This document shows, piece after piece, positions 55,656 through 64,000 of a DNA stretch of 64,000 nucleotides (positions are counted from its first letter, which is position 1; each line of letters begins with the position of its first letter). The notes beneath the pieces are model-generated. The model did no database searches and was not told the origin of the DNA. It saw nothing but the letters and a program-made list of their open reading frames with translations. The translations under genes were made by a program, and so were the position numbers. Origin of the DNA: Niameybacter sp. (lineage in GTDB: Bacteria; Bacillota; Clostridia; Lachnospirales; Cellulosilyticaceae); NCBI RefSeq assembly GCF_036655075.1, contig NZ_JAVVQU010000002.1:94-64093 (forward strand), in the 5' to 3' direction.

Positions 55656-57086
55656 CTAAACGCGTACTTCACCTTCGCGTCCAAGTACATTTTTATTGGC
55701 ATCTAGTAGTGGTTGAATCACTTCACCTACAAAGTCATCCACTTGAAGTGCTGCACAGCCAATAAAGTTTTCTGGTTTTAAAATACTGCGTAGCTCTTCT
55801 TCTGACATTTTAAACGTGCCATCTGCTAAAATACGTTCGATTAAGTCATTTGGTCTACCTTGTTCTTTAACTTCTTTTGCTGCTTCCATAGAAAGCACAC
55901 GAATTTTTTCATGAAGCTCTTGACGGTCTCCACCACGTTTTACACCTTCCATCAAAATAACTTCTGTTGCCATAAATGGAAGTTCACTTAAAATACGTGT
56001 TTCAATGACCTTTGGATAAACAACAAGGCCATCTGCTACGTTCATATACGTTTCTAAAATAGCATCTACTGCTAAGAATCCTTCAGATACTGCAAGACGC
56101 TTGTTAGCACTATCATCAAGTGTTCTTTCAAACCATTGTGTAGAAGAAGTGATTGCCGGATTTAATGCATCACAAATTACAAACCGTGCTAACGCACTCA
56201 TACGCTCACTACGCATTGGATTACGTTTGTATGCCATGGCAGAAGATCCAATTTGATTTTTTTCAAAAGGTTCTTCAACTTCTTTTAAATTTTGAAGTAA
56301 ACGGATATCATTACTAAATTTATAAGCAGATTGAGCGATTTGACTTAGGGCATTTAAGATTTGACTGTCTATTTTTCTTGTATACGTTTGACCCGTTACA
56401 GGGAATACATCTGCATACCCTAATTTATTTGCAATACGTTTATCTAACTCTTTAACTTTACTATAGTCCCCTTCAAAAAGGTTTAAGAAAGTAGCTTGTG
56501 TACCTGTGGTTCCTTTTGCTCCTCTTAAACGTTTTTCTCCAAGCAAGTGGTCAATTTCTTCTAAATCTAGCCAAAGCTCTTGTAGCCAAAGTGTAGCTCT
56601 TTTACCTACTGTTGTAAGCTGCGCAGGTTGAAAATGTGTAAAACCTAAAGTTGGGAGTTCTTTATATTTAAGTGCAAAGTGAGTAAGTTTTTCCATAACA
56701 TTTAATACTTTTGTACGTAAAACTTCTAAAGCTTCATACATAATGATTAAGTCTGTGTTATCTCCTACATAGCAACTTGTTGCACCTAAGTGAATAATAG
56801 GCATTGCACTTGTAGCCTGTTCTCCATAAGCATGCACATGAGCCATAACGTCATGTCTTACTTTCTTTTCCCATGCATCCGCTGTCTCATAATTGATGGT
56901 GTCTGCATAACGTTTCATCTCTTCTATTTGTTCATCTGTAATAGCAAGTCCAAGCTCTTGTTCCGTTTCAGCAAGGGTTACCCATAATTTACGCCAAGTT
57001 TTAAACTTTTTATCCTCTGAAAATAAATAAAGCATTTCACGACTTGCATAGCGACCTGCTAAAGGACTTTGATAAGTATCTCTCAT
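55656..57086 (-). CDS. purB: Adenylosuccinate lyase
   Basis: YQSPLAGRYAS.EM, GATSCYVGDN and the signature GSSAMAYKRNP. Confidence 0.95.
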   Translation of the reverse strand: MRDTYQSPLAGRYASREMLYLFSEDKKFKTWRKLWVTLAETEQELGLAITDEQIEEMKRYADTINYETADAWEKKVRHDVMAHVHAYGEQATSAMPIIHLGATSCYVGDNTDLIIMYEALEVLRTKVLNVMEKLTHFALKYKELPTLGFTHFQPAQLTTVGKRATLWLQELWLDLEEIDHLLGEKRLRGAKGTTGTQATFLNLFEGDYSKVKELDKRIANKLGYADVFPVTGQTYTRKIDSQILNALSQIAQSAYKFSNDIRLLQNLKEVEEPFEKNQIGSSAMAYKRNPMRSERMSALARFVICDALNPAITSSTQWFERTLDDSANKRLAVSEGFLAVDAILETYMNVADGLVVYPKVIETRILSELPFMATEVILMEGVKRGGDRQELHEKIRVLSMEAAKEVKEQGRPNDLIERILADGTFKMSEEELRSILKPENFIGCAALQVDDFVGEVIQPLLDANKNVLGREGEVRV

Positions 57087-57363
57087 ATGCTTCTTCCTCT
57101 CTTTCACACGCTTATTGCGCCTCATTCTCTTATATTATAATGAATTTTTAAGAGAAACTCAACAAAATTCGAACCTTTTATGTTTTTTTTTACTTTTTGT
57201 TCACTTTTCATTTTTCTTTCATCTTTATCTTTTAACTTTCTGCTTACATTTATACGTTTTCCAACTTATCCGATTTATGCATCCCCATACGTCATTTTGG
57301 CCCCCACCTCTACAACCTATCTGCCCACGCAAAAAGGACTGCGTTTAAACACAGCCCTCTCAA

Positions 57364-58554
57364 TCATCTTAAACTTTCAACAAAGTTGTTTAACCTCGCA
57401 ATACCTGTTTGAATCATTGTCTCTTTCATCGCATAAGATAGGCGAATACAATCAGATGCTCCAAAATCTTGACAAGGTACGACTGCTACATTTTCAGCCT
57501 CTAATAACACTCTGGCAAAATCTGCCGCAGAACAAATCTCTTCATCGTTATAATGTTTGCCAAAAAGTGCAGATACATTGATAAAACAGTAAAATGCACC
57601 ATGTGGTTTAATTAAGTCAAATCCAGGGACTGCACTTAATCCTTCATACATTAATTTACTTCTTCTTTCAAAGACTTCCACCATATCCCTTGCAAAACTC
57701 TGATTTAGATCCAGTGCTGCCTCTGCTGCTTTTTGTGCAATAGAGTTGGGATTAGAAGTTGCATGACTTTGAATATTCGCAGCCGCTTTAGCCACCTCTA
57801 CAGGGGCTGCAATGTACCCAATACGCCATCCTGTCATTGCATGACTTTTAGATAAACCATTTATGGTAACTGTATGATCATAGATTTCCTGAGATAATGA
57901 AGCAACACAAGTATGCTCTGCACCTTCATATACTAGGTATTCATAGATCTCATCAGACACTATCCATAAATCATGCTTAACCGCCATCTGAGCTATTGTT
58001 TGAATTTCCTCACGTGTATAGACAACACCTGTGGGATTAGATGGCGAATTTAAAATAAGTGCACGTGTCTTAGGATTTATTGCTTTTTCTAAGTCCTCTG
58101 GCTTCATTTTATAGCCATCACTTTGACGTGTTTGAAGAATTTGTGGTATACCATGTGCCATTTTAATCATCTCAGGGTAGCTTAACCAAAATGGTGCTGG
58201 AATAATTACCTCATCACCTGGATTTAACAGCGCCATAAAAGTATTCACTAAAGAATGTTTTGCACCATTACTCACTACAATTTGCTCCGGTGTATACATC
58301 ACATTATTTTCAACTTGCAGTTTATGGGCGATAGCCTTTCTTAAACTCACAATCCCTGCTACAGGTGTATATTTTGTAAACCCTTCTTGAATAGCTCGAA
58401 TGGCTGCTTCTTTTATATAATCAGGTGTATCAAAGTCTGGTTCACCTGCACCAAATCCAATAACATCAATTCCCTCAGCCTTCATAGCATTAGCTTTAGC
58501 AGTAATTGCTAATGTAGAAGAAGGCGCTATACTATTTGCTAATCTAGAAATCAT
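57364..58554 (-). CDS. Class I pyridoxal-phosphate-dependent aminotransferase (aspartate aminotransferase type)
   Basis: GAGEPDFDTP, SPSNPTG and LSKSHAMTGWRIGY (PLP lysine). GGAGGGTGAGG precedes ATG 58554. Confidence 0.85.
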   Translation of the reverse strand: MISRLANSIAPSSTLAITAKANAMKAEGIDVIGFGAGEPDFDTPDYIKEAAIRAIQEGFTKYTPVAGIVSLRKAIAHKLQVENNVMYTPEQIVVSNGAKHSLVNTFMALLNPGDEVIIPAPFWLSYPEMIKMAHGIPQILQTRQSDGYKMKPEDLEKAINPKTRALILNSPSNPTGVVYTREEIQTIAQMAVKHDLWIVSDEIYEYLVYEGAEHTCVASLSQEIYDHTVTINGLSKSHAMTGWRIGYIAAPVEVAKAAANIQSHATSNPNSIAQKAAEAALDLNQSFARDMVEVFERRSKLMYEGLSAVPGFDLIKPHGAFYCFINVSALFGKHYNDEEICSAADFARVLLEAENVAVVPCQDFGASDCIRLSYAMKETMIQTGIARLNNFVESLR

Positions 58555-58919
58555 ATCCTCACCCTCCATATAATAATTGAAATATTACAATTATTATAAT
58601 TTATTTGTCTGACTTTTGCAAGATTAATTATAAATCTTTCATTTATTATTCTAATACTATTTTATTCACCTCTCTCATTTTTGTTCTATATGCTTAGCTT
58701 TTTTATTTTTTATCTCTCTAAGTTACACCAAAATGATACCCTATCATTCTAGTCTCATAAAATATTTGTCCATTTTATGATCTTATTTTATAATATACAT
58801 TCATTTTTTATACAAATTATTAATATACTACTGTAAAAAATTACTTATAGACTACTCGATTTTCTATATGATGGGATATTTAGCCTCTTTATAAAATAAG
58901 ACTTTTCATAGAGCAAAAA

Positions 58920-58955
58920 AAAAGGGTTGTATACGAATATATACAACCCTTTTAT
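58920..58955 (-). terminator. Terminator after rny
   Basis: On the minus strand, AAGGGTTGTATA-6 nt-TATACAACCCTT followed by T9. Confidence 0.8.
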
Positions 58956-60485
58956 CTATTTCGCGTACTCTGTAGCACGCGTTTCTCTTATAATACTTAC
59001 TTTAATTTGACCTGGATATTCAAGGTCCTTTTCAATCTGTTTGGTTACTTCTCTTGCAAGTAATATAAGTCCTTCATCATCCACTTCATCCGGAACAACC
59101 ATAATACGTACTTCACGACCTGCTTGAATTGCAAATGATTTCTCAACACCTTTGAAAGATGTCGCAATTTCTTCAAGTTTTTGCAAACGTTTAATGTATG
59201 TTTCTAATGTTTCACGACGTGCACCTGGACGAGCAGCTGAAATTGTATCAGAAGCTTGTACAATAACAGCTATAGCTGTTTCTTGATCCACATCACCATG
59301 ATGAGCTTCAACTGCATTAATAACTACAGGATTTTCGCCATATTTACGACAAAGGTTAGCACCAATACTTACATGTGAACCTTCTACTTCATAATCAACA
59401 GACTTACCAATATCATGAAGTAAGCCAGCACGTTTTGCAAGACGAATATCTAAACCTAATTCACCTGCAATAAGACCTGCTAAGTTAGAAACCTCAATAG
59501 AATGTCTTAATACATTTTGACCATAACTTGTTCTAAACTTCATCTTACCAAGTAAACGAATAAGTTCTGGATGGAGACCATGAACACCTGTTTCAAATGT
59601 TGCTGCTTCTCCTTCTTCACGAATAAGTACTTCTATTTCTTTACGTGCTTTTTCTACCATCTCTTCAATACGAGCTGGATGGATACGTCCATCTACGATA
59701 AGTTTTTCAAGAGCAATTCTTGCAATCTCACGGCGGATTGGATCAAATCCTGAAAGAATAACAGCTTCTGGTGTATCATCAATAATAAGATCAATACCTG
59801 TTAAAGTTTCTAAAGTACGAATATTACGGCCTTCTCTACCAATAATACGACCTTTCATCTCATCATTTGGTAATGGTACAACAGATACAGTTGTATCTAC
59901 TACATGGTCTGCTGCGCATTTTTGGATAGCATTTGTAAGAATTTCTTTAGCCTTTTTATCAGCTTCCATTTTAGTTTTAGCTTCAACTTCTTTAATAAGA
60001 AGTGCTGACTCATGTTTGACTTCATCTTCGATGGTCTTAAGAAGGTATTGTTTAGCAGCTTCTGAAGTTAAACCTGAAATACGTTCAAGTTCTTCCATTT
60101 GCTTTCTTTCAATCTCTTCCGTTTGTTGTTTAGTTTTTTCAATTTTATCTAATCTAGCTTGAAGTTGTTCTTCTTTTTGCTCAAACTGATTAGATTTTTT
60201 ATCAAGTGATTCTTCTTTTTGCAATAAACGTCTTTCAAGTTGATGCAATTCACTTCTACGTTCTTTTACTTCTTTGTCTAATTCATTTTTAACTTTAATA
60301 TTTTCTTCTTTTGCTTCTAAGAGCATCTCTCTCTTTTTAGCTTCTCCAGTCTTTATAGCATCATCTATGACTTTTCGCGCTTTTTCTTCTGCTGAACCAA
60401 TTTGCGCTTCTGCGATACGTTTTCTATAAAGAATGCCTGCTGCAAAGCATAATATTCCAACTACAATAACAATCAGGACTACCAT
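58956..60485 (-). CDS. rny: Ribonuclease Y
   Basis: An N-terminal TM segment, a coiled coil, a KH domain ([12 protein letters not shown]) and an HD domain (LLHDIGK). Confidence 0.95.
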   Translation of the reverse strand: MVVLIVIVVGILCFAAGILYRKRIAEAQIGSAEEKARKVIDDAIKTGEAKKREMLLEAKEENIKVKNELDKEVKERRSELHQLERRLLQKEESLDKKSNQFEQKEEQLQARLDKIEKTKQQTEEIERKQMEELERISGLTSEAAKQYLLKTIEDEVKHESALLIKEVEAKTKMEADKKAKEILTNAIQKCAADHVVDTTVSVVPLPNDEMKGRIIGREGRNIRTLETLTGIDLIIDDTPEAVILSGFDPIRREIARIALEKLIVDGRIHPARIEEMVEKARKEIEVLIREEGEAATFETGVHGLHPELIRLLGKMKFRTSYGQNVLRHSIEVSNLAGLIAGELGLDIRLAKRAGLLHDIGKSVDYEVEGSHVSIGANLCRKYGENPVVINAVEAHHGDVDQETAIAVIVQASDTISAARPGARRETLETYIKRLQKLEEIATSFKGVEKSFAIQAGREVRIMVVPDEVDDEGLILLAREVTKQIEKDLEYPGQIKVSIIRETRATEYAK

Positions 60486-60604
60486 AACTACTCCAGTTAT
60501 GGAAACATTATTTATGATATGACCACCTCCCTATTTTTGTGCTAAAAACGTGCAAATAACAACATAATTGTATAACTTTTTAAAATCACTGTCAAGCATT
60601 GGCA

Positions 60605-61240
60605 TTAGTCAATAAATCCTTCTTCTTGCTGTCTAATGCAACGTTCTACTGTACTATAAGAAAAACCTCGTGTTAAAATTCGATTAATAATTTTTTGTTT
60701 GTCCTTGTACTCGAGCTCAGAATGGTATCTAAATTTATTTAAAAAATATAAAATGTTTTCCTCTTCCTCTTGAGCATACTGCGCTTTATAACTTTCTAAG
60801 TCATTCACAGTGACACCTTTTGTATAAAGTTCAGATTGTATTTTTCTTAAACTTTTATGAGCGTACTTGACTTTTGAATCCATATACCGCTTTACAAAAT
60901 TTTCGTCATTTATATAATTATATTTTTTCAGAAAAGTGATGACTTCCTCTATAATCCATTCACTATATTCTGCTTTTGCTAAAGCTTGACGCATTTGGAG
61001 TTCTGTCTTATCGCCTCTTGCAACACTATTTAAGGCACGCATTTTAGCCTTATCTAACTGTATTTGACTCATCAACCCCTCATAGCCTGTTTCATCTAGC
61101 ACCATTCCTGCAACAAGATTATAGCGCTCTACAGCCTTATTGCTTACACCAAACGAAAAACTTCCATTGATAAAGATTGAAGAACGATCGGGGTCCTTTT
61201 TTTGCACTTCTATTGCTGTGATTTCATATTTTGTACCCAC
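60605..61240 (-). CDS. recX: Recombination regulator RecX
   Basis: 211-aa helical-repeat protein immediately downstream of recA. Repeated Y..L..KG.. units are present. Confidence 0.8.
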   Translation of the reverse strand: MGTKYEITAIEVQKKDPDRSSIFINGSFSFGVSNKAVERYNLVAGMVLDETGYEGLMSQIQLDKAKMRALNSVARGDKTELQMRQALAKAEYSEWIIEEVITFLKKYNYINDENFVKRYMDSKVKYAHKSLRKIQSELYTKGVTVNDLESYKAQYAQEEEENILYFLNKFRYHSELEYKDKQKIINRILTRGFSYSTVERCIRQQEEGFID

Positions 61241-61503
61241 TTTTTAATTATTCCCACTTTCTATTGTTTTTAAACCTCTTCAGTATACTATATGCCCCTC
61301 ATTTCAACAAGAAAATGGCCTGTATAGCATTTCTTACGTCACCCCTTCAAATACCCTATATCATATATAAACAATGCATCAAGGCGGCATTTATCACCTT
61401 ATATCAAGATATCCTTGTTTATTATCATCTTAACTCAACTTATATACTTTCCTTAAGCTAATCTATATATTTATCAATGCTAGGTGATCAAACCTTTTCC
61501 TAA

Positions 61504-61540
61504 TAAAAAAGGTACTAACATAATTCTCATGTTAGTACCT
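61504..61540 (-). terminator. Terminator after recA
   Basis: On the minus strand, AGGTACTAACA-9 nt-TGTTAGTACCT followed by TTTTTT. Confidence 0.75.
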
Positions 61541-61545
61541 CCTAC

Positions 61546-62598
61546 CTAATCTTCTAAATCAAGTAGCATATCTTCTTCTAACTCTTCTTCGTGACCTTCT
61601 ACTTGTGCTTTATTTACGCCGTAGTGGTTACGTACAGCCAGTTCAATTTCTTCAAGTAAGACTTGATTATCTTTTAAGAAAATTTTTGCGTTTTCACGTC
61701 CTTGACCTAGACGAATATCTCCGTAGGAATACCAAGCACCACTCTTATTAACGATGTCAATATTAGCTGCAAGGTCAAGTACATCACCTTCTTTAGAGAT
61801 GCCTTCTCCATACATAATATCAAATTCAGCTTGTTGGAAAGGTGGTGCAACTTTATTTTTAACAACTTTAACACGTGTACGACTTCCAATAAACTCATTA
61901 CTTTGTTTAAGTGTCTCTATTTTTCTAACATCTAAACGTACAGATGCATAGAACTTAAGCGCACGTCCACCTGTTGTTGTTTCATTACTACCAAAAGTAA
62001 TCCCCACTTTTTCACGTAACTGGTTAATGAAGACAACTGTACATTTTGATTTATTCACAACCCCTGTAAGCTTTCTTAAAGCTTGTGACATTAATCTAGC
62101 TTGAAGACCCATATGAGAGTCACCCATATCCCCTTCGATTTCTGCACGTGGTACAAGTGCTGCTACAGAGTCGACAACAACAAGGTCTATTGCTCCTGAA
62201 CGCACCATTGTTTCTGCAATTTCAAGTGCTTGTTCACCATTATCTGGTTGTGAAATATAGAGTTCATCAATATCTACACCAAGTTTTTTAGCATAAGCTG
62301 GATCAAGGGCATGCTCAGCATCAATAAATGCTGCAATGCCACCTATTTTTTGTACTTCTGCAATCATATGAAGGGTTACTGTTGTCTTACCTGATGATTC
62401 AGGTCCATAAACTTCAATAATTCTTCCGCGAGGTACGCCTCCAACACCTAATGCGATATCTAAGCTTAATGAACCTGTTGGAAATGTAGAAATGTTTGTT
62501 TCAGTAGCTTCCCCAAGCTTCATGATAGAACCTTTCCCAAATTGCTTTTGAATTTGAGATATCGCTGCGTCTAATGCTTTCTTTGATTCGTTATTCAT
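61546..62598 (-). CDS. recA: Recombinase A
   Basis: GPESSGKTT Walker A, and the IDAEHALD and VVDSVAAL motifs. Confidence 0.97.
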   Translation of the reverse strand: MNNESKKALDAAISQIQKQFGKGSIMKLGEATETNISTFPTGSLSLDIALGVGGVPRGRIIEVYGPESSGKTTVTLHMIAEVQKIGGIAAFIDAEHALDPAYAKKLGVDIDELYISQPDNGEQALEIAETMVRSGAIDLVVVDSVAALVPRAEIEGDMGDSHMGLQARLMSQALRKLTGVVNKSKCTVVFINQLREKVGITFGSNETTTGGRALKFYASVRLDVRKIETLKQSNEFIGSRTRVKVVKNKVAPPFQQAEFDIMYGEGISKEGDVLDLAANIDIVNKSGAWYSYGDIRLGQGRENAKIFLKDNQVLLEEIELAVRNHYGVNKAQVEGHEEELEEDMLLDLED

Positions 62599-62619
62599 CG
62601 TTTCACCTCTTCGTCATAT

Positions 62620-62633
62620 CGAACGTTTGTTCT
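62620..62633 (-). promoter_or_regulatory. LexA/DinR SOS (Cheo) box in the recA leader
   Basis: CGAACGTTTGTTCT on the plus strand and AGAACAAACGTTCG on the minus strand. This fits the Firmicute consensus CGAAC-N4-GTTCG with one deviation. Confidence 0.75.
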
Positions 62634-62641
62634 TTAGAGTT

Positions 62642-62670
62642 ATTATACCCAACTTCTATTCAAATAGCAA
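62642..62670 (-). promoter_or_regulatory. recA sigma-A promoter
   Basis: On the minus strand, TTGCTA (62670-62665), 17-nt spacer, TATAAT (62647-62642). Confidence 0.7.
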
Positions 62671-62673
62671 GTC

Positions 62674-63915
62674 TTAATTCTGAAGTTTTTCAAACAGTCT
62701 ACAAAGGATATGTTTAACTGCTTTATTTCTCACTTCTTGTCTAGAACCTTCTAGTCTAAGCTCATAAGTAAAGGTTTCTTCTGGCAAAGCAATCCCAATG
62801 TACACAAGCCCTACAGGCTTTTCTAGTGTCCCTCCATCCGGTCCCGCTATTCCTGTAGTGGAAAGCCCAATATGCACACCGGCCATGTGGCGAATCCCCT
62901 CTGCCATTTCATGTGCTGTCTGGTGACTCACTGCACCATATTGGTCTAGTGTTGCTTCTTGTACACCTAAATATTTCATCTTGGCTTCATTGCTATAGGT
63001 GACAACCCCTTCTTTGAAGTAACTTGAAATGCCACTACAATTTACAAGCGTTCCAGCTAAAAGGCCACCTGTGCAAGACTCCGCAGTAGAAACGGTCCAC
63101 CGCTTTTTTTGTAGTATTTTCAAAATACTTTCCTCAATTTCTTCTTCATTATAACCAATCACATAGGGTTTTAATCGACTGACAATGCTATTTTTTATCT
63201 CTTCCCCACGCGCATACGCTTCTTCATAGTTCTTTTTATAAGCGCGTATACGTAAAATAATTTCTAACTTGCCCACATAAGGTGCTACAACTACATCTTC
63301 GAACGTCCCAAGCAAATCACCTATTTGCTCTGCTAAATGACTCTCACCAATACCAAAGCACTTCACATCTACTGTATAAAATACACCTTCCATCTGTTTC
63401 TCTAAGTAGGGGCAAACCTGCCCATTAAACATAGCAATAAGTTCATGTGGAGGTCCTGGCAAAAGGACTATCATTTTCCCCTCATACTTGATTAGGCATC
63501 CCGGTGCTGTTCCACATGTATTTTCTAAAATGTGAGCATCTGTTGGAAAATAAGCTTGCCTCTTATTATTCTCCGGTGTTGTTCGATTGGTCCGCTTAAA
63601 ATAGTCTACAATCCCTTGATACACATCTTCGTAGAAAACGAGTGGCTTATTTAGAGCCTGACACACTACCTGCTTTGTTAAATCATCTTCTGTAGGCCCA
63701 AGTCCCCCTATTACAAAAACAATCTCAACTCGCCTTAAAGCATAGTGCAAGGCTTCTTCTATATCTTCTTTTACATCACCAACTGCTGTATGGTAAGCAG
63801 TCAAAACACCATAGTCTTGCAGTCTACTGGCAATAAAACTCGCATTGGTATTAATTGTATGCCCTGTTACGACTTCATTGCCAACTGCCAAAATTTCTGC
63901 CTTCATTTCCTTCAT
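62674..63915 (-). CDS. cinA: Competence/damage-inducible protein CinA (MoCF-binding domain plus PncC NMN deamidase domain)
   Basis: AEILAVGNE..GGLGPT.DD in the N-terminal domain and TAESCTGG in the C-terminal domain. Confidence 0.9.
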   Translation of the reverse strand: MKEMKAEILAVGNEVVTGHTINTNASFIASRLQDYGVLTAYHTAVGDVKEDIEEALHYALRRVEIVFVIGGLGPTEDDLTKQVVCQALNKPLVFYEDVYQGIVDYFKRTNRTTPENNKRQAYFPTDAHILENTCGTAPGCLIKYEGKMIVLLPGPPHELIAMFNGQVCPYLEKQMEGVFYTVDVKCFGIGESHLAEQIGDLLGTFEDVVVAPYVGKLEIILRIRAYKKNYEEAYARGEEIKNSIVSRLKPYVIGYNEEEIEESILKILQKKRWTVSTAESCTGGLLAGTLVNCSGISSYFKEGVVTYSNEAKMKYLGVQEATLDQYGAVSHQTAHEMAEGIRHMAGVHIGLSTTGIAGPDGGTLEKPVGLVYIGIALPEETFTYELRLEGSRQEVRNKAVKHILCRLFEKLQN

Positions 63916-63949
63916 CCTCTCTCTTTAGATTTTTTCAACCTAGAAATGC

Positions 63950-63979
63950 AAAAAAGGTAGGAAGCTTATCTTCCTACCT
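63950..63979 (-). terminator. Terminator of the gene lying beyond the right edge of the window
   Basis: On the minus strand, AGGTAGGAAG-5 nt-CTTCCTACCT followed by TTTTTT. Confidence 0.7.
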
Positions 63980-64000
63980 AGTATAACACTATTTTTACCC

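Noticed and set aside
57087-57363. Purine riboswitch or other leader element upstream of purB.
   Set aside because: The predicted promoter (-10 TATAAT at 57142-57137) leaves only a ~40-nt leader. The rest of the spacer is the aminotransferase terminator plus A/T-rich DNA, with no three-way-junction purine motif.
1-64000. Scan for CRISPR arrays, tRNA/rRNA genes, IS transposases and tandem repeats.
   Set aside because: No regularly spaced direct repeats, no cloverleaf-capable intergenic segments and no transposase-like ORFs were seen. The only mobile-element signature is the serine recombinase at 2563-3855.

Overview
The window is low-GC chromosome from an endospore-forming Firmicute, probably Clostridia; I cannot assign a species. 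No rRNA, tRNA, CRISPR array or transposase was seen. Apart from the cargo at the left end, almost all convincing genes lie on the minus strand.

(1) 1-3855: the right end of an integrated, phage- or ICE-like element. Its cargo is a T5orf172/DUF4041 protein, a DEDDh exonuclease-BRCT fusion, a candidate type I toxin-antitoxin module and a small coiled-coil ORF. It ends in a large serine recombinase split by one in-frame TAA. The element abuts only the 3' third of dipicolinate synthase subunit B (dpaB/spoVFB, about 3860-4135). This is the layout of a sporulation-gene intervening element such as skin.

(2) 4188-8950: a kduI-kduD hexuronate module with an AraC regulator, plus an AI-2E family permease.

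(3) 9680-18088: an 11-gene molybdenum operon (moaC, moaA, mogA, two moeA-type genes, mobB, MOSC, modABC, mobA).

(4) 18936-25435: a DmsAB-type Tat-exported molybdoenzyme with its own TatA, TatB-like and TatC genes, a poly-ferredoxin and a TorD-type chaperone, but no membrane-anchor subunit.

(5) 25848-33000: accessory genes. These are an arylsulfotransferase, a decayed permease, a Crp/Fnr regulator, a Gfo/Idh/MocA oxidoreductase, a GNAT and azlCD.

(6) 33158-63915: conserved core. The order is pnp-rpsO-ribF-truB-nrnA-rbfA-infB-ylxQ-ylxR-nusA-rimP, ispG-rseP-dxr-cdsA-uppS-frr-pyrH-tsf-rpsB, spoIIM-nudF-proC, nfeD, purB, an aminotransferase, then rny-recX-recA-cinA. recA carries a recognisable LexA box.

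The most interesting material is the element end inside dpaB with its broken recombinase and type I TA-like module, and the anchor-less molybdoenzyme/arylsulfotransferase region with a candidate Crp/Fnr-type operator. All functional calls rest on motif and family recognition by eye; no searches were run.
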